Assembly: GCA_002269645.1 (NCBI GenBank)
Contig: NIVC01000008.1
Coordinates: 8,998 to 72,997 of the forward strand
From: Macrostomum lignano
Taxonomy: Eukaryota
Reading direction: 5' to 3'
Length of the DNA stretch: 64,000 bases
The notes beneath the pieces are model-generated. The model was not told where the DNA came from. It worked only from the letters and a program-made list of their open reading frames with translations, and searched no databases. Positions 42,506 through 54,583 of the stretch are shown one piece after another (position 1 is the stretch's first letter; each line of letters opens with the position of its first letter). A program made the position numbers and the translations under genes.

Positions 42506-43221
42506 ACCCTAATGGTGTCAAAAAGGCAACAAAATATATCAACACAAAATTTCTGTGATTTCGTTGAGCCGGGTGTAATCAGTTTTAAAATTTGTTAAAA
42601 TTCTCTTTTTTTTCAAAAACCGCAGAGGCTCTCGATCTGGCTGTGAAATCAGGATCGGTGTCCGCAAAAGCCCTAGCAACCCCAGTAGCCCAGACGAACG
42701 GCTCAGACTCTGCCCTAGGCGAATTTATGTCGAGACTGCAAAAAAATTTGGCTTCCCAGAAGCGGCAGCAGCAGCAACAACAGCAAAATGTTGCGCAATC
42801 TTCTGAAAGCAGAGACTCGGCTACGAATGCTAATGGAAACCAGTTCCCGAAGGTTGCAAGCTTTGCTTTTCAATGCGTCTGTGTGATTTAAATTTAACTG
42901 CCCATTTTTATTTTTCCAGGAAACGACGAGTTTCATTCGGTTCTCCACTGAGTATAGTTCCTGTGAGTAGATTATCTGTTTCTGCCACAAATGTACTGAG
43001 AGCCTGTCATGAATAATCATGTCATAGTAGTCATACTGCTAATCAAAAGTCGTCTCTGATTGGCTCGGCGTAAATCAATGCTTGTCTCTTATTGGCCAAC
43101 TGCTAATCAATAGTCGTCTCTGATTGGCTCGGCGTAAATCAATGCTCTAAATCCTATTGGCTGGCTTTTAATCGATACTCGTCTCTCATTGGCTGACAGA
43201 GAAGCCCTATTTCCGCTCCAG

Positions 43222-46200
43222 GACCAGCAGGAGCACGAGCGCTACCTGCAGGATCTTGTACGCCGGCCCGTGCAGCAGGAGGACGCCAGCCTCACCGACG
43301 AGGACAGGCAGCGGAACTCGCTGCTCCTGCGCCAGGCCGCCGAAGCCAGCAGCCGTCAGAGGGAGGACAGCACCGCCTCGTCACCAGACAACTCGCCCCG
43401 GCACAACAACCGGCCAAGCAGGACTTCTTCGTCGTTTTTGTCGTCGCTGAAGGTCTCTATTGGCTTCTGGAGGGGGATGGACCCTCCCTGAACCCGATCC
43501 CGCAGCAGGAGTCACACAGACCCTCTCTGAACCCGATCCCGCAGCAGGAGTCACACAGACCCTCCCTGAACCCGATCCCGCAGCAGGAGTCGCACAGACC
43601 CTCTCTGAACCCGATCCCGCAGCAGGAGTCACACAGACCCTCTCTGAACCCGATCCCGCAGCAGGAGTCGCACAGACCCTCTCTGAACCCGATCCCGCAG
43701 CAGGAGTCGCACAGACCCTCCCTGAACCCGATCCCGCAGCAGGAGTCACACAGACCCTCTCTGAACCCGATCCCGCAGCAGGAGTCGCACAGACCCTCCC
43801 TGAACCCGATCCCGCAGCAGGAGTCACACAGACCCTCTCTGAACCCGATCCCGCAGCAGGAGTCGCACAGACCCTCCCTGAACCCGATCCTGCAGCAGGA
43901 GTCACACAGACCCTCTCTGAACCCGATCCCGCAGCAGGAGTCAGACTACAGCCTGTGGAGCCGGTCGGAGACCGCCGGGGCTTCACTCTCAGCTGACGAG
44001 TTCTCCGGGTCGCAGTCGCAGGCCGATCAGTCTCAAGATGCGGAGGTGGCAGCGGCACCTTCGCAGCCCAGAGAAGCATCGAAGGCGGACCAGCTGGTGC
44101 CGTTCCCCTCGCTGCCGAACTCCAGGCTGCACTCCCTGTCCCTGCTGCCGGCCTCTCTGTCCGACTTGGACGCCAGGAACGGCTCCGTGTCCTTAATTGA
44201 CCCGAGCCGACGATTCCGCCTAGACGACATCCCGGACACGGAGCTGGAGGACCGGGTTCGCGCCCTAGCCATCTCCTTCTCCAATGACGCCACCACCCTG
44301 GTAGTTCGGGTCAAGCGGCTGTTCCTGGCCCGGACAAACCAGGAGCAGGACATCAGCTCGGAGCTGCAGGCCCTGGAGTCCGACCTCGCCAAGGCCAACT
44401 CGGGCGAGCAGCTGCCGCCGACCTCATCGAGGTTCGTCGTGCTCAGAGAGCTGCTGGAGAAGCTCAACAGGACGTCGGAGATTCTCGGAGCCGTGCAGCA
44501 GGTCGGTGAACTTGACGAATGGGAGACATCGTTGTTTCTTTGAAAAATTTAAAGGCTGGGTTCGCTCAAACAACCAGCGATTTCCTGACACCCGAACAGG
44601 AGAGCCGCTTGAACTACGCGTTTCACCTGATGCTGAAGCACATGGAGCTGCTCAAGGAGGACAAGGAGAAGTTGACGGTGGAGCTGGAGCAGATGAGGCC
44701 AGTGAAAACTCCTTGATGCAGATCATTGAATTATAATTCTGTTATATTTATCTGATCGCTATCTACCAAATATAGGCAAGCGATGGATGAAGGAAAATTC
44801 TACATGCCGGATGAAGACCTGATGAGCAAGCGGTCCAAGTCCGTCATTGGAGCGGCCAGTCAGAAGGTGCTGTCGGCTTATCAATGCTCACCCTCTCCAA
44901 GTCCAGTCTCACCCTCTCCCAGTCCAGTCTCACCCTCACCTAGTCCAATCTTATCCTATCATAATCCAGTCTCACCCTCACCTAGTCCAGTCTCACCCTC
45001 ACCTAGTCTAGTCTCACCCTCACCTAGTCCAGTCTCACCCTCTCCTAGTCCAGTCTCACCCTCACCTAGTCCAGTCTCACCCTCTCCCAGTCCAGTCTCA
45101 CCCCTCCCAATCCTGTCTCACCCTCTCCTATTCCAATCTTATCCTATCATAATCCAGTCTCACCCTCTCCAAGTCGTCTCACACTCTCCCACTCCAGTCT
45201 CACCATCGGCCTCACCTATTCCAATCTTATCCTATCATAATCCAGTCTCACCCTCTCCCACTCCAGTCTCACCCTCTCCCAGTCCAGTCTCACCCTTTCC
45301 CAGTCCAGATTCACCCTCACCTATTCCAATATTATCCTATCATAATCCAGTCTCACCCTCTCCCAGTCGAGTCTTACATCTCCCAATCCAGTCTCACCCT
45401 CTCCCAATCCAGTCTCACCCTCTCCCAATCCAGTCTCACCCTCTCCCCGTCCAGTCTCACCCTCTTCTAATCCTGTCTCACCCTCACCTATTCCAATCTT
45501 ATCCTATCATAATCCAGTCTCACCCTTTCCCAGTCCAATCTCACCCTCTCCCAGTCCAGTCTCACACTCTGCCACTCCATCTCCCCTCCCGTAGCAGGAG
45601 AGCCAGCGCAGCAAGTTCCAGGATCTCGGCCGAACCGTGGCCAGAACTTCGTCCATCACGTCGCTGCGCAGGAGGATGTCACGTGATCTAAAGAGCGCGG
45701 AGGATCCAGACGGGTAAGTAGGAAGGGAAGATTTCGGACTCAGAAGATTTATGATTAATGAAGTAGATTTCAGAGGATTAGATATCAGTAGATAGATGTC
45801 CGGATCGGTACAGCAGATGTCAGGAGGTACAGCAGATGTCAGGAGGTACAGCAGATGTCAGGAGGTACAGCAGATGTCAGGAGGTACAGCAGATGTCAGG
45901 AGGTACAGCAGATGTCAGGAGGTACAGCAGATGTCGGGAGGTACAGCAGATGTCAGGAGGTACAGCAGATGTCAGGAGGTACAGCAGATGTCAGGAGGTA
46001 CAGCAGATGTCAGGAGGTACAGCAGATATCAGGAGGTACAGCAGATGTCAGGAGGTACAGCAGATGTCAGGAGGTACAGCAGATGTCAGGAGGTACAGCA
46101 GATATCAGGAGGTACAGCAGATGTCAGATTGTCAGGAGGTACAGCAGATGTCAGGAGGTACAGCAGATGTCGGGAGGCACAGCAGATGTCAGGAGGTACA

Positions 46201-47334
46201 GCAGATGTCGGGAGGTACAGCAGATGTCAGGAGGTACAGCAGATGTCGGGAGGTACAGCAGATGTCAGGAGGTACAGCAGATGTCAGGAGGTACAGCAGA
46301 TGTCGGGAGGTACAGCAGATGTCAGGAGGTACAGCAGATGTCGGGAGGTACAGCAGATGTCAGGAGGTACAGCAGATGTCAGGAGGTACAGCAGATGTCA
46401 GGAGGTACAGCAGATGTCAGGAGGTACAGCAGATGTCGGGAGGTACAGCAGATGTCAGGAGGTACAGCAGATGTCGGGAGGTACAGCAGATGTCAGGAGG
46501 TACAGCAGATGTCAGGAGGTACAGCAGATGTCAGGAGGTACAGCAGACGTCAGGAGGTACAGCAGACGTCAGGAGGTACAGCAGATGTCGGGAGGTACAG
46601 CAGATGTCAGGAGGTACAGCAGATGTCGGGAGGTACAGCAGATGTCAGGAGGTACAGCAGATGTCAGGAGGTACAGCAGATATCAGGAGGTACAGCAGAT
46701 GTCAGGAGGTACAGCAGATGTCGGGAGGTACAGCAGATGTCAGGAGGTACAGCAGATGTCAGGAGGTACAGCAGATGTCAGGAGGTACAGCAGATGTCGG
46801 GAGGTACAGCAGACGTCAGGAGGTACAGCAGATGTCAGGAGGTACAGCAGATGTCAGGAGGTACAGCAGATGTCGGGAGGTACAGCAGACGTCAGGAGGT
46901 ACAGCAGATGTCAGGAGGTACAGCAGATGTCGGGAGGTACAGCAGATGTCGGGAGGTACAGCAGATGTCGGGAGGTACAGCAGATGTCAGGATGCCACAC
47001 CCACAGAAGAGACGGCTCCAAAGACAGCAAGAAGTGGAAGATCGAGGAGGAGATTTACCAGTCCGGCTTCGAGCGCGGAGTCCGCATGTCAACCAGCCAG
47101 CAGTTGTCGCAGCTCAAAACTGAGCAGGCGGCCTTCTCCGACCAGCTCGAGCGGCTGATGGACAGGCAGCACCTGACGGAGGCCGAGGAGGCCGACCTTG
47201 ACCGGCTCACTTCTGATTGGCTGGGCGACAAGCGCCTGCGGCTGTTCCTGGCGCCCTGCACTCTGCTGGCAGTAACGGCACTACTCATCTGGGCCATCGC
47301 CTACCCCGTTGCCAAGCAGTTGCTGGGTCGATGA
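43222..47334 (+). CDS. IRAG/MRVI1/LRMP-like IP3-receptor-associated tail-anchored coiled-coil protein (C-terminal part)
   Basis: Exons 43222-43452, 43938-44501, 44600-44697 (GC donor), 44776-44866, 45595/8-45713 and 47007-47334 join in frame. AISFSNDATTLVVRV, SEILGAVQQESRLNYAFHLMLKHMELLK, RRRMS and IEEEIYQSGFERG resemble vertebrate IRAG1 motifs recalled as [43 protein letters not shown], RRRVS and MEEEAYSKGFQEG. C-terminal TM LLAVTALLIWAIAYPV. Confidence 0.8.
43480..43945 (+). repeat. 39-bp VNTR containing the splice acceptor of the next exon
   Basis: Unit GAACCCGATCCCGCAGCAG|GAGTC(A/G)CACAGACCCTC(T/C)CT; 12 CAG|GAG sites from 43508 to 43937. Confidence 0.93.
44885..45570. repeat. Degenerate pyrimidine-rich minisatellite (CCAGTCTCACCCTCTC), intronic
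   Basis: Direct reading. Confidence 0.85.
45805..46990. repeat. 19-bp minisatellite (CAGATGTCAGGAGGTACAG) filling the last intron of the IRAG-like gene
   Basis: About 60 units. Confidence 0.96.
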
Positions 47335-47394
47335 GGGCAAAGGAACTGCCAAGCCTAGCGTGCTTTTATCTGCTTTTGCTTCACCCTTATACAG

Positions 47395-47790
47395 CTTCCA
47401 TCTCACCCTCCTCTAGTTTTAATCTCATCCTTCTGTAGCTTCCATCTCATCCTAATCTATCCATCTCACCCTTCTCTATCCATCTCACCCCCTCTATCAA
47501 TCTCACCCTTCCCTATCCCTCACCCTCCTCTATCAATCTCACCCTTCTCTATCCATCTCACCCCCTCTATCAATCTCACCCTTCCCTATCCCTCACCCTC
47601 CTCTATCAATCTCACCCTTCTCTATCCGTCTCACCCTTCTCTATCCGTCTCACCCTTCTCTATCCATCTCACCCTTCTCTATCCATCTCACCCTTCTCTA
47701 TCCATCTCACCCTTCTCTATCCGTCTCACCCTTCTCTATCCATCTCACCCTTCTCTATCCATCTCACTCTCCTGTAGCTTCCGTCTCACT
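47395..47790. repeat. 19-bp minisatellite (TCTCACCCTTCTCTATCCA)
   Basis: Direct reading. Confidence 0.88.
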
Positions 47791-48074
47791 CAAATGTAAA
47801 ATTTTTGTAAACGTTTTCCCTGTTTTATCCGTTTGCCATCGAGCACTGCATGCTCATATTAACATTCCGCACCCTCTCGCTCGTAATATCGATACTGATT
47901 GTTTTGATTGAAAACCAAGTTCATCTCGCCAAATATATTGAACTGAAAACTAAAGATTTTTTGTAAATTTTCGACCTGTTTAAAATTGATAGATTGACAG
48001 AATTCTATTAAACGACAATTAGTATTTGCAGAATGAATTTCAGAATCAATTTTCTTCTAGAAGAAGGTGCTTCA

Positions 48075-48917
48075 TCACGGGCAAATCTCAGCCGCCAGCT
48101 GCTGGTCCCTGCCGCACAGGATCGCCAGCTCCTGATTGGCTATGAAGGTGAGGATGAAGTTGAATAGTAGCGCCTCGATGTACAGCTGGTTTTCGAAGCC
48201 GCGGAGCGCCTGCGGCGAGAACGGGAAGCTCAACCCAATGTCCTGCAGCTCCTTGCCGTCCTTTGTCTTCGGCGGGAAGACCCGGATGAGCCGCTCCTCC
48301 GGGCCGCTGAACCAGGCGGCGGTGTACACCGCGGCTTCCGACTGGTCCAACATCGGCATCTCCCAGCGGGGCGGCCGGATGATCACGAAGGCCAGCTTGT
48401 AGGGCGGCTGCAGGTTGTAGCTGACGGCGGGGTGTTCGGGGTTTGTGTGGGTGTGCAGTGAGTGGGGTGGTTGTACGGGGAGTGGGTTGGTTGTGTGGGG
48501 AGTGGGGTGGGTGTGCAGTGAGTAGAGTGGATGTGCGGTGAGTGGGGTGGGTGTGCGGGGAGTGGGGTGGGTGTGCGGGGAGTGGGTGGGTGTGCGGGGA
48601 GTGGGGTGGATGTGCGGTGAGTGGGGTGGGTGTGCAGAGGGTGGGGTGGGTGTACAGTGAGTGGGGTAGGCTTGCGGGGAGTGCTGCGGCAGTCCAGCAG
48701 AAGCAGTCTCACCGAACATTGTGGCAGATTCTGTGCCAGAGTGGCACCAGAGCCCGCCGGATGTAGGCCACGCTGCAGTCGGCGTAGAAGCCGTTGAGCA
48801 CGGCGCAGTAATAATCCTCGAATGTGTGCTGCGTGGGGATATTGACAAAGAACACTCGACGCCTGCGGAACTCGTCAAACATGGACCAGTTCTCCAGGTA
48901 GTGAACCATGATGACGC
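48075..48917 (-). CDS. Hypothetical protein, last two exons (~180 aa)
   Basis: Exons 48917-48713 and 48420-48075 join in frame (..CHNVR|YNLQPPYKLAFVII..) across a repeat-filled intron; GC-rich codon usage. A possible first exon at 49556-49514 is uncertain. No family recognised. Confidence 0.6.
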   Translation of the reverse strand, partial: ASSWFTTWRTGPCLTSSAGVECSLSISPRSTHSRIITAPCSTASTPTAAWPTSGGLWCHSGTESATMFGETASAGLPQHSPQAYPTHCTPTPPSAHPPHSPHIHPTPRTPTHSPHTHPTPRTPTPLTAHPLYSLHTHPTPHTTNPLPVQPPHSLHTHTNPEHPAVSYNLQPPYKLAFVIIRPPRWEMPMLDQSEAAVYTAAWFSGPEERLIRVFPPKTKDGKELQDIGLSFPFSPQALRGFENQLYIEALLFNFILTFIANQELAILCGRDQQLAAEICP

Positions 48918-49617
48918 CTTTTCAGTTTCGGCAATGAGTATGAAGGATTAAAGCATTTTTAATCGAAGTTTAAAAAAAATTTCTGCTGCAAGAGTGACGA
49001 TTTGTCGGCCTGAGCAATTAAGTCTATGGTAAAAGTGATTGGCATTCTAAAAATAGCATCTGTCACAGGAATTGCTGAACTAAGCAATGCAACCTCATAT
49101 TCAGAACTGATGTGAAAGAGGGTGCTAAGCCAAGAAACTCGTGAAAACTTCATTGCTGAGAATGGAAAGATGCAGTTTTTTCCATATACGAGTACTATGT
49201 CGCCGGAGGCATCTGGGTGCCCGCAGCCTCTCTGCTTGATAATTCACTAGACTTGCGCTTTCTGCTTGAGTTGTGAATTCTGAATGAATACAAAAACACC
49301 TCATCCAGATGCCAGCTTTCCCAGATCTAAAATTAGAGCGGAGTTCTTTTGTTTGAATCGACAGCTGAAATTTAAATTACTTCTCAATAATTCTTTCTCA
49401 AATATTGTCAAAGAAAAGTAGAGTTTTGGGGCCTGCAAAAGCAGAAAACACCCATTTTGAATCCTTAATGACAGACCCATCTTTGATGAGGAATATCTTT
49501 GAGTAAGTTGTACCTGTAGCCAGAGGCTGCGTCACAGAGCGTGTATAAATATGCATCTTGTGTCTGTGGACGGTGTTAACGGTTGCCGAGTTCAAGTATA
49601 GCCACTAGCTGAGCAGA

Positions 49618-52600
49618 ATGCAAAAATTCAAGTTTGATATTTTCTTGATGTCATGCGTTTTAGCCTGCATCAATATTCAAGGTAAGACTAAAGGCAAAAA
49701 TGACTTCTTGGTCAAAAGCACTGAGTAGCCTCGCCTGTTAGACAGTAGCCTCACCTGTTAGACAGTAGCCTCACCTGTTAGACAGTAGCCTCACCTGTTA
49801 GACAGTAGCCTCACCTGTTAGACAGTAGCCTCACCTGTTAGACAGTAGCCTCACCTGTTAGACAGTAGCCTAACCTGTTAGACAGTAGCCTCACCTGTTA
49901 GACAGTAGCCTCACCTGTTAGACAGTAGCCTCACCTGTTAGACAGTAGCCTCACCTGTTAGACAGTAGCCTCACCTGTTAGACAGTAGCCTCACCTGTTA
50001 GACAGTAGCCTCACCTGTTAGACAGTAGCCTCACCTGTTAGACAGTAGCCTAACCTGTTAGACAGTAGCCTCACCTGTTAGACAGTAGCCTCACCTGTTA
50101 GATAGTAGCCTCATCTGTTAGACAGTAGCCTCACCTGTTTGACAGTAGCCTCACCTGTTAGACAGTAGCCTCACCTGTTAGATAGTAGCCTCATCTGTTA
50201 GACAGTAGCCTCACCTGTTAGACAGTAGCCTCACCTGTTTGACAGTAGCCTCACCTGTTTGACAGTAGCCTCACCTGTTAGATAGTAGCCTCATCTGTTA
50301 GATAGTAGCCTCATCTGTTTGACAGTAGCCTCACCTGTTTGACAGTAGCCTCACCTGTTAGATAGTAGCCTCATCTGTTAGATAGTAGCCTCCTCTGTTA
50401 GACAGTAGCCTCACCTGTTAGATAGTAGCCTCCTCTGTTAGACAGTAGCCCCGCCAACTGACTGCCACCACAATTCCTCAAGCCTCAGCCGCGGCCACCT
50501 CGGTTGTCCACTTCGATGCAGTCCAGCCAGCAGAGCCGGCGGCAGGCGGCAGCTGCACACCGCCAGCTGCATCATCGTCAATCAACGGCAGCTGCCTTCG
50601 GTGCGCCGCGGCGGCAGCAGTTCGCCGAGCTCACTACCTCCGCTGTGGTGCCGGCGAGACCGGCTGCTTCCTGGCGGACGCGCCGCTGTGTGCGGGCGCT
50701 GACGGGCGGGTCTATCGGAGACGGTCGGGTGAGCAGACTGATGGGGCGGCGGTCGGGTTTTAGCTGTAAAATTTGGAATAAAATACATATCGGTTGTTAG
50801 AAAAACAAGGACTTACGCTCGCCGTCAGGGATTCTTAAATGTAGTTTAAGAACCAGAACCAGAACCAGCACCAGGGGCGCCAGCACCAGGGGGCGCCAGC
50901 ACCAGGGGGCGCCAGCACCAGGGGGCGCCAGCACCAGGGGGCGCCAGCACCAGGGGGCGCCAGCACCAGGGGGCGCCAGCACCAGGGGGCGCCAGCACCA
51001 GGGGGCGCCAGCACCAGGGGGCGCCAGCACCAGGGGCGCCAGCACCAGGGGGCGCCAGCACCAGGGGGCGCCAGCACCAGGGGGCGCCAGCACCAGGGGG
51101 CGCCAGCACCAGGGGGCGCCAGCACCAGGGGGCGCCAGCACCAGGGGGCGCCAGCACCAGGGGGCGCCAGCACCAGGGGGCGCCAGCACCAGGGGGCGCC
51201 AGCACCAGGGGGCGCCAGCACCAGGGGGCGCCAGCACCAGGGGCGCCAGCACCAGGGGGCGCCAGCACCAGGGGGCGCCAGCACCAGGGGGCGCCAGCAC
51301 CAGGGGGCGCCAGCACCAGGGGGCGCCAGCACCAGGGGGCGCCAGCACCAGGGGGCGCCAGCACCAGGGGGCGCCAGCACCAGGGGGCGCCAGCACCAGG
51401 GGGCGCCAGCACCAGGGGGCGCCAGCACCAGGGGGCGCCAGCACCAGGGGGCGCCAGCACCAGGGGGCGCCAGCACCAGGGGGCGCCAGCACCAGGGGGC
51501 GCCAGCACCAGGGGGCGCCAGCACCAGGGGGCGCCAGCACCAGGGGGCGCCAGCACCAGGGGGCGCCAGCACCAGGGGGCGCCAGCACCAGGGGGCGCCA
51601 GCACCAGGGGGCGCCAGCACCAGGGGGCGCCAGCACCAGGGGGCGCCAGCACCAGGGGCAACAGGTATCAGGGGTGCTTTTCCAGATATATATATCAGAT
51701 ACGTGTGCATATATAGTCACGCTATACCATTAATTTCAAGTTCCTACATGTACATTCGAAATATTTTTTGGACAAAATCGGAAAATCCAGCGGGTCCGGA
51801 GACCTTCGGCTACGAGGCTGTTGTCGACAGCGGCCAGCGCTTCTGGGTGTTCCAGCAGAGACGGAGCGGCCGGGTCGACTTTGCCAGAAACTGGACCGAC
51901 TATGAGACAGGCTTCGGGACTGCGGACGACTTTTGGAGCGGTTAGTCAGCAATTTTACCCCTCACCACTCCATTAGTGTACGAGTACACTCCTCACCCCC
52001 CATCAATGTACACTCCTCACCATTTATCAAATGTACACTCCTCACCATTTATCAAATATCCACTCCTCACCACTCATCAATGTACACTCATCAATGTACA
52101 CTCCTCACCACTCATCAATGTACACTCCTCACCACTCATCAATGTACACTCCTCACCACTCATCAATGTACACTCCTCACCACCCCATCAATGTACACTC
52201 CTCACCACTCATCAATGTACACTCCTCACCACTCATCAATGTATACTCCTCACCACTCATCAATGTACACTCCTCACCACTCATCAATGTACACTCCTCA
52301 CCATTTATCAAATGTCCACTCCTCACCACCCCATCAATGTACACTCCTCACCACTCATCAATGTACACTCCTCACCACCCCATCAATGTACACTCCTCAC
52401 CACTCATCAATGTACACTCCTCACCACTCATCAATGTACACTCCTCACCACTCATCAATGTACACTCCTCACCGCTCATCAATGTACACTCCTCACCACT
52501 CATCAATGTACACTCCTCACCACTCATCAATGTACACTCCTCACCACTCATCAATGTATACTCCTCACCACTCATCAATGTACACTCCTCACCACTCATC

Positions 52601-53255
52601 AATGTACACTCCTCACCATTTATCAAATGTCCACTCCTCACCACCCCATCAATGTACACTCCTCACCACTCATCAATGTACACTCCTCACCACTCATCAA
52701 TGTACACTCCTCACCACTCATCAATGTACACTCCTCACCGCTCATCAATGTACACTCCTCACCACTCATCAATGTACACTCCTCACCACTCATCAATGTA
52801 CACTTCTCACCACCGCTCAAAGTGCAGGTCTGCTGTCGGTCTCCACTCGCACTCAGCCGTACGGCAGTCGCCGCCTTCGCATGGAGATGACAACATTCGA
52901 CCGGACCTTCCTGGTGGCCGAGTGGTCGGGCTTCTCTGTGGAGGACGCCAGCACCAACTACCGCATGAACTACTCGGCCTACCTGCCCGACAAGTCCAAC
53001 ATCAGCGGCGACACCCTGACGAACCACAATGGCATGCAGTTCTCAACTCTGGACAGGGACAATGACATTTCCAATGGCAAGTGCTCCCAACTGTGGGGCG
53101 GCGGCGGCTTCTGGTTCCAGCAGTGCCTCAGCTGCAACCCGAACGGCCCGTATTCGGCCACCAACAGGACCGGCGAGGAGGAGTTCATGGCCTGCCTGCA
53201 CGTGAAGAACTGGATGTCGCTGCTAGAGATTCGAATGATGCTGAGCACCGATTGA
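49618..53255 (+). CDS. Secreted fibrinogen-related domain (FReD) protein with a Cys-rich N-terminal module
   Basis: Exons 49618-49681 (signal-like MQKFKFDIFLMSCVLACINIQ), ~50489-50728, 51791-51940 and 52828-53255, all phase 1. FReD motifs WVFQQRRSGRVDFARNWTDYETGFG, HNGMQFSTLDRDND, C..LWGGGGFWFQQC..CNPNG. Exon 1-2 assignment is less certain. Confidence 0.8.
49725..50448. repeat. 20-bp minisatellite (GACAGTAGCCTCACCTGTTA), FReD intron 1
   Basis: About 36 units. Confidence 0.96.
50865..51660. repeat. 16-bp GC-rich minisatellite (GCACCAGGGGGCGCCA), FReD intron 2
   Basis: About 49 units. Confidence 0.97.
51955..52812. repeat. 24-bp minisatellite (CAATGTACACTCCTCACCACTCAT), FReD intron 3
   Basis: Direct reading. 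Confidence 0.95.
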
Positions 53256-53659
53256 GCAAGGAGGACAACTCAATTAGAGTACTCAAGTAACATAAAGGAT
53301 ACTACGAGATAGCAATAATTTTATCTATCCATAGTGCTGCTAGTCTAGTGGGGAGCGCAGTCTTGCAAGTTAAGCAGGGTTGGCTGCGGTTAGTACGCAA
53401 TCGCAGCGGGTTAGGCGTACTTTTTATATTTTATATTTTTAACGAATCACAAAAGCGTAAGCCAGTCAAGCGTTCCGTACATTTATGTCAAGAATATGCC
53501 AGCTCTTTAAAAATGTACAATTAATTAAAACTAGTTTTTACGTCAATATTTAACTTATTCAACTTAACTAAATATCGCCAAGTGTCCACGAGTCCACGCT
53601 TACGTGTAATTGCTTAAAAATACTTGTCAAATAATGAAATTAAAATCAAATAATGCGAA

Positions 53660-54330
53660 AGCGCGTTCTGGAAATGAAGATTACCGGATGGCCTTCTTGT
53701 GTCAGGACACAAGCCAGGTGCCCCTTGATGTGTCCGTTGTCAACGTGACCTCCTCTTGTGAGTAAGGTTGCACTACAGGTCTCATGGAGATTTACTTTTT
53801 AAAGATTGAGTACAGTCCTCCGACCAGATTAAGGGGGTGGCTTGCCTAGACGGTTTAATATGGCGCACCTTTGGATGAAAATTCAGGAACGAAGCGTCCA
53901 AAAATTGAACAGCCCCAAAAACTTCTCGACCTCGCTTTTCGAACTCGGAAGGGGGTGGATATATGACGGATCTTTTCCATCAGCTTGTCATCGGGCCAGA
54001 TCCCAGCCGCCGAAATTTTGAAGCCAAGGAAAGCACTCGTAATCTCGTCGAATGCACTGTTTTAACTGCCGCTGACCTTCTTCTCTGCATTCAGTCTCGT
54101 CTCAACACCGAGGTCAGTCGCTTACAAAGCGAGTCGGCATTCTCAGCAAAAAGAAGAACATCATCCTGATAAATAAATTTTCCTTTTAGATTGGCCAGGA
54201 TGCTCTCCATCGCCCTTGGAATATAAATAAACCATTTTTCATGCCCATCTATCTGCAGTTGCTAAACTCGGTTGAATCCGCGTGGGTGTTGCTGTTTGAA
54301 ATCTCCTGTGCGTCCTCCTCAAAAGCAATT
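53660..54330 (-). mobile_element. Decayed Ty3/Gypsy reverse transcriptase-RNase H fragment
   Basis: Minus strand reads, across frameshifts and stops, ..FQRAMESILANLKGKFIYQDDV (YxDD at 54171-54160)..GFKISAAGIWPDD..KSEVEKFLGLFNF..RFVPEFS..WSEDC..VTLTTDTS..LACVLTQEGHPVIFISR. Confidence 0.8.
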
Positions 54331-54510
54331 TTCAAGTAAGCCAATCTTTAGGTCTACCTTTTTTCAAACTTCTTAGCGTTCTTATAAGCTTGGCAAACAG
54401 ATGCTCAGTAGATGGAATGGGGTACGACTCCAACTTTATCTTTGCATTTACATGGTTGACCATGCAATAGTCCGCGCATATCCTGAGCGAACTATCGGAT
54501 TTCTTAAGCC

Positions 54511-54583
54511 CATAGGCGTAGGAACGGGAGGGAGGACAGTGGGGCCATGGGCCCCCACATTTCTAATCGTTCCTACGCTTATG
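54511..54583. mobile_element. 73-bp miniature hAT-like element with perfect 8-bp TSD
   Basis: TIRs CATAGGCGTAGGAACG / CGTTCCTACGCTTATG; CTTAAGCC duplicated at 54503-54510 and 54584-54591. Confidence 0.85.

Noticed and set aside
44783-45691. 302-aa SPSPV-rich ORF
   Set aside because: Read-through of exon 44776-44866 into an intronic repeat; it ends out of frame with the conserved next exon.
45796-47006. Repeat N-terminus of the 512-aa ORF (and the 440- and 433-aa-scale repeat ORFs at 45836 and 51933)
   Set aside because: Intronic minisatellites fused in frame to genuine last exons (47007-47334 and 52828-53255).
50797-51720. WCWRPLVLAPPGAGAP-repeat ORFs
   Set aside because: 16-bp intronic satellite open in all three frames.
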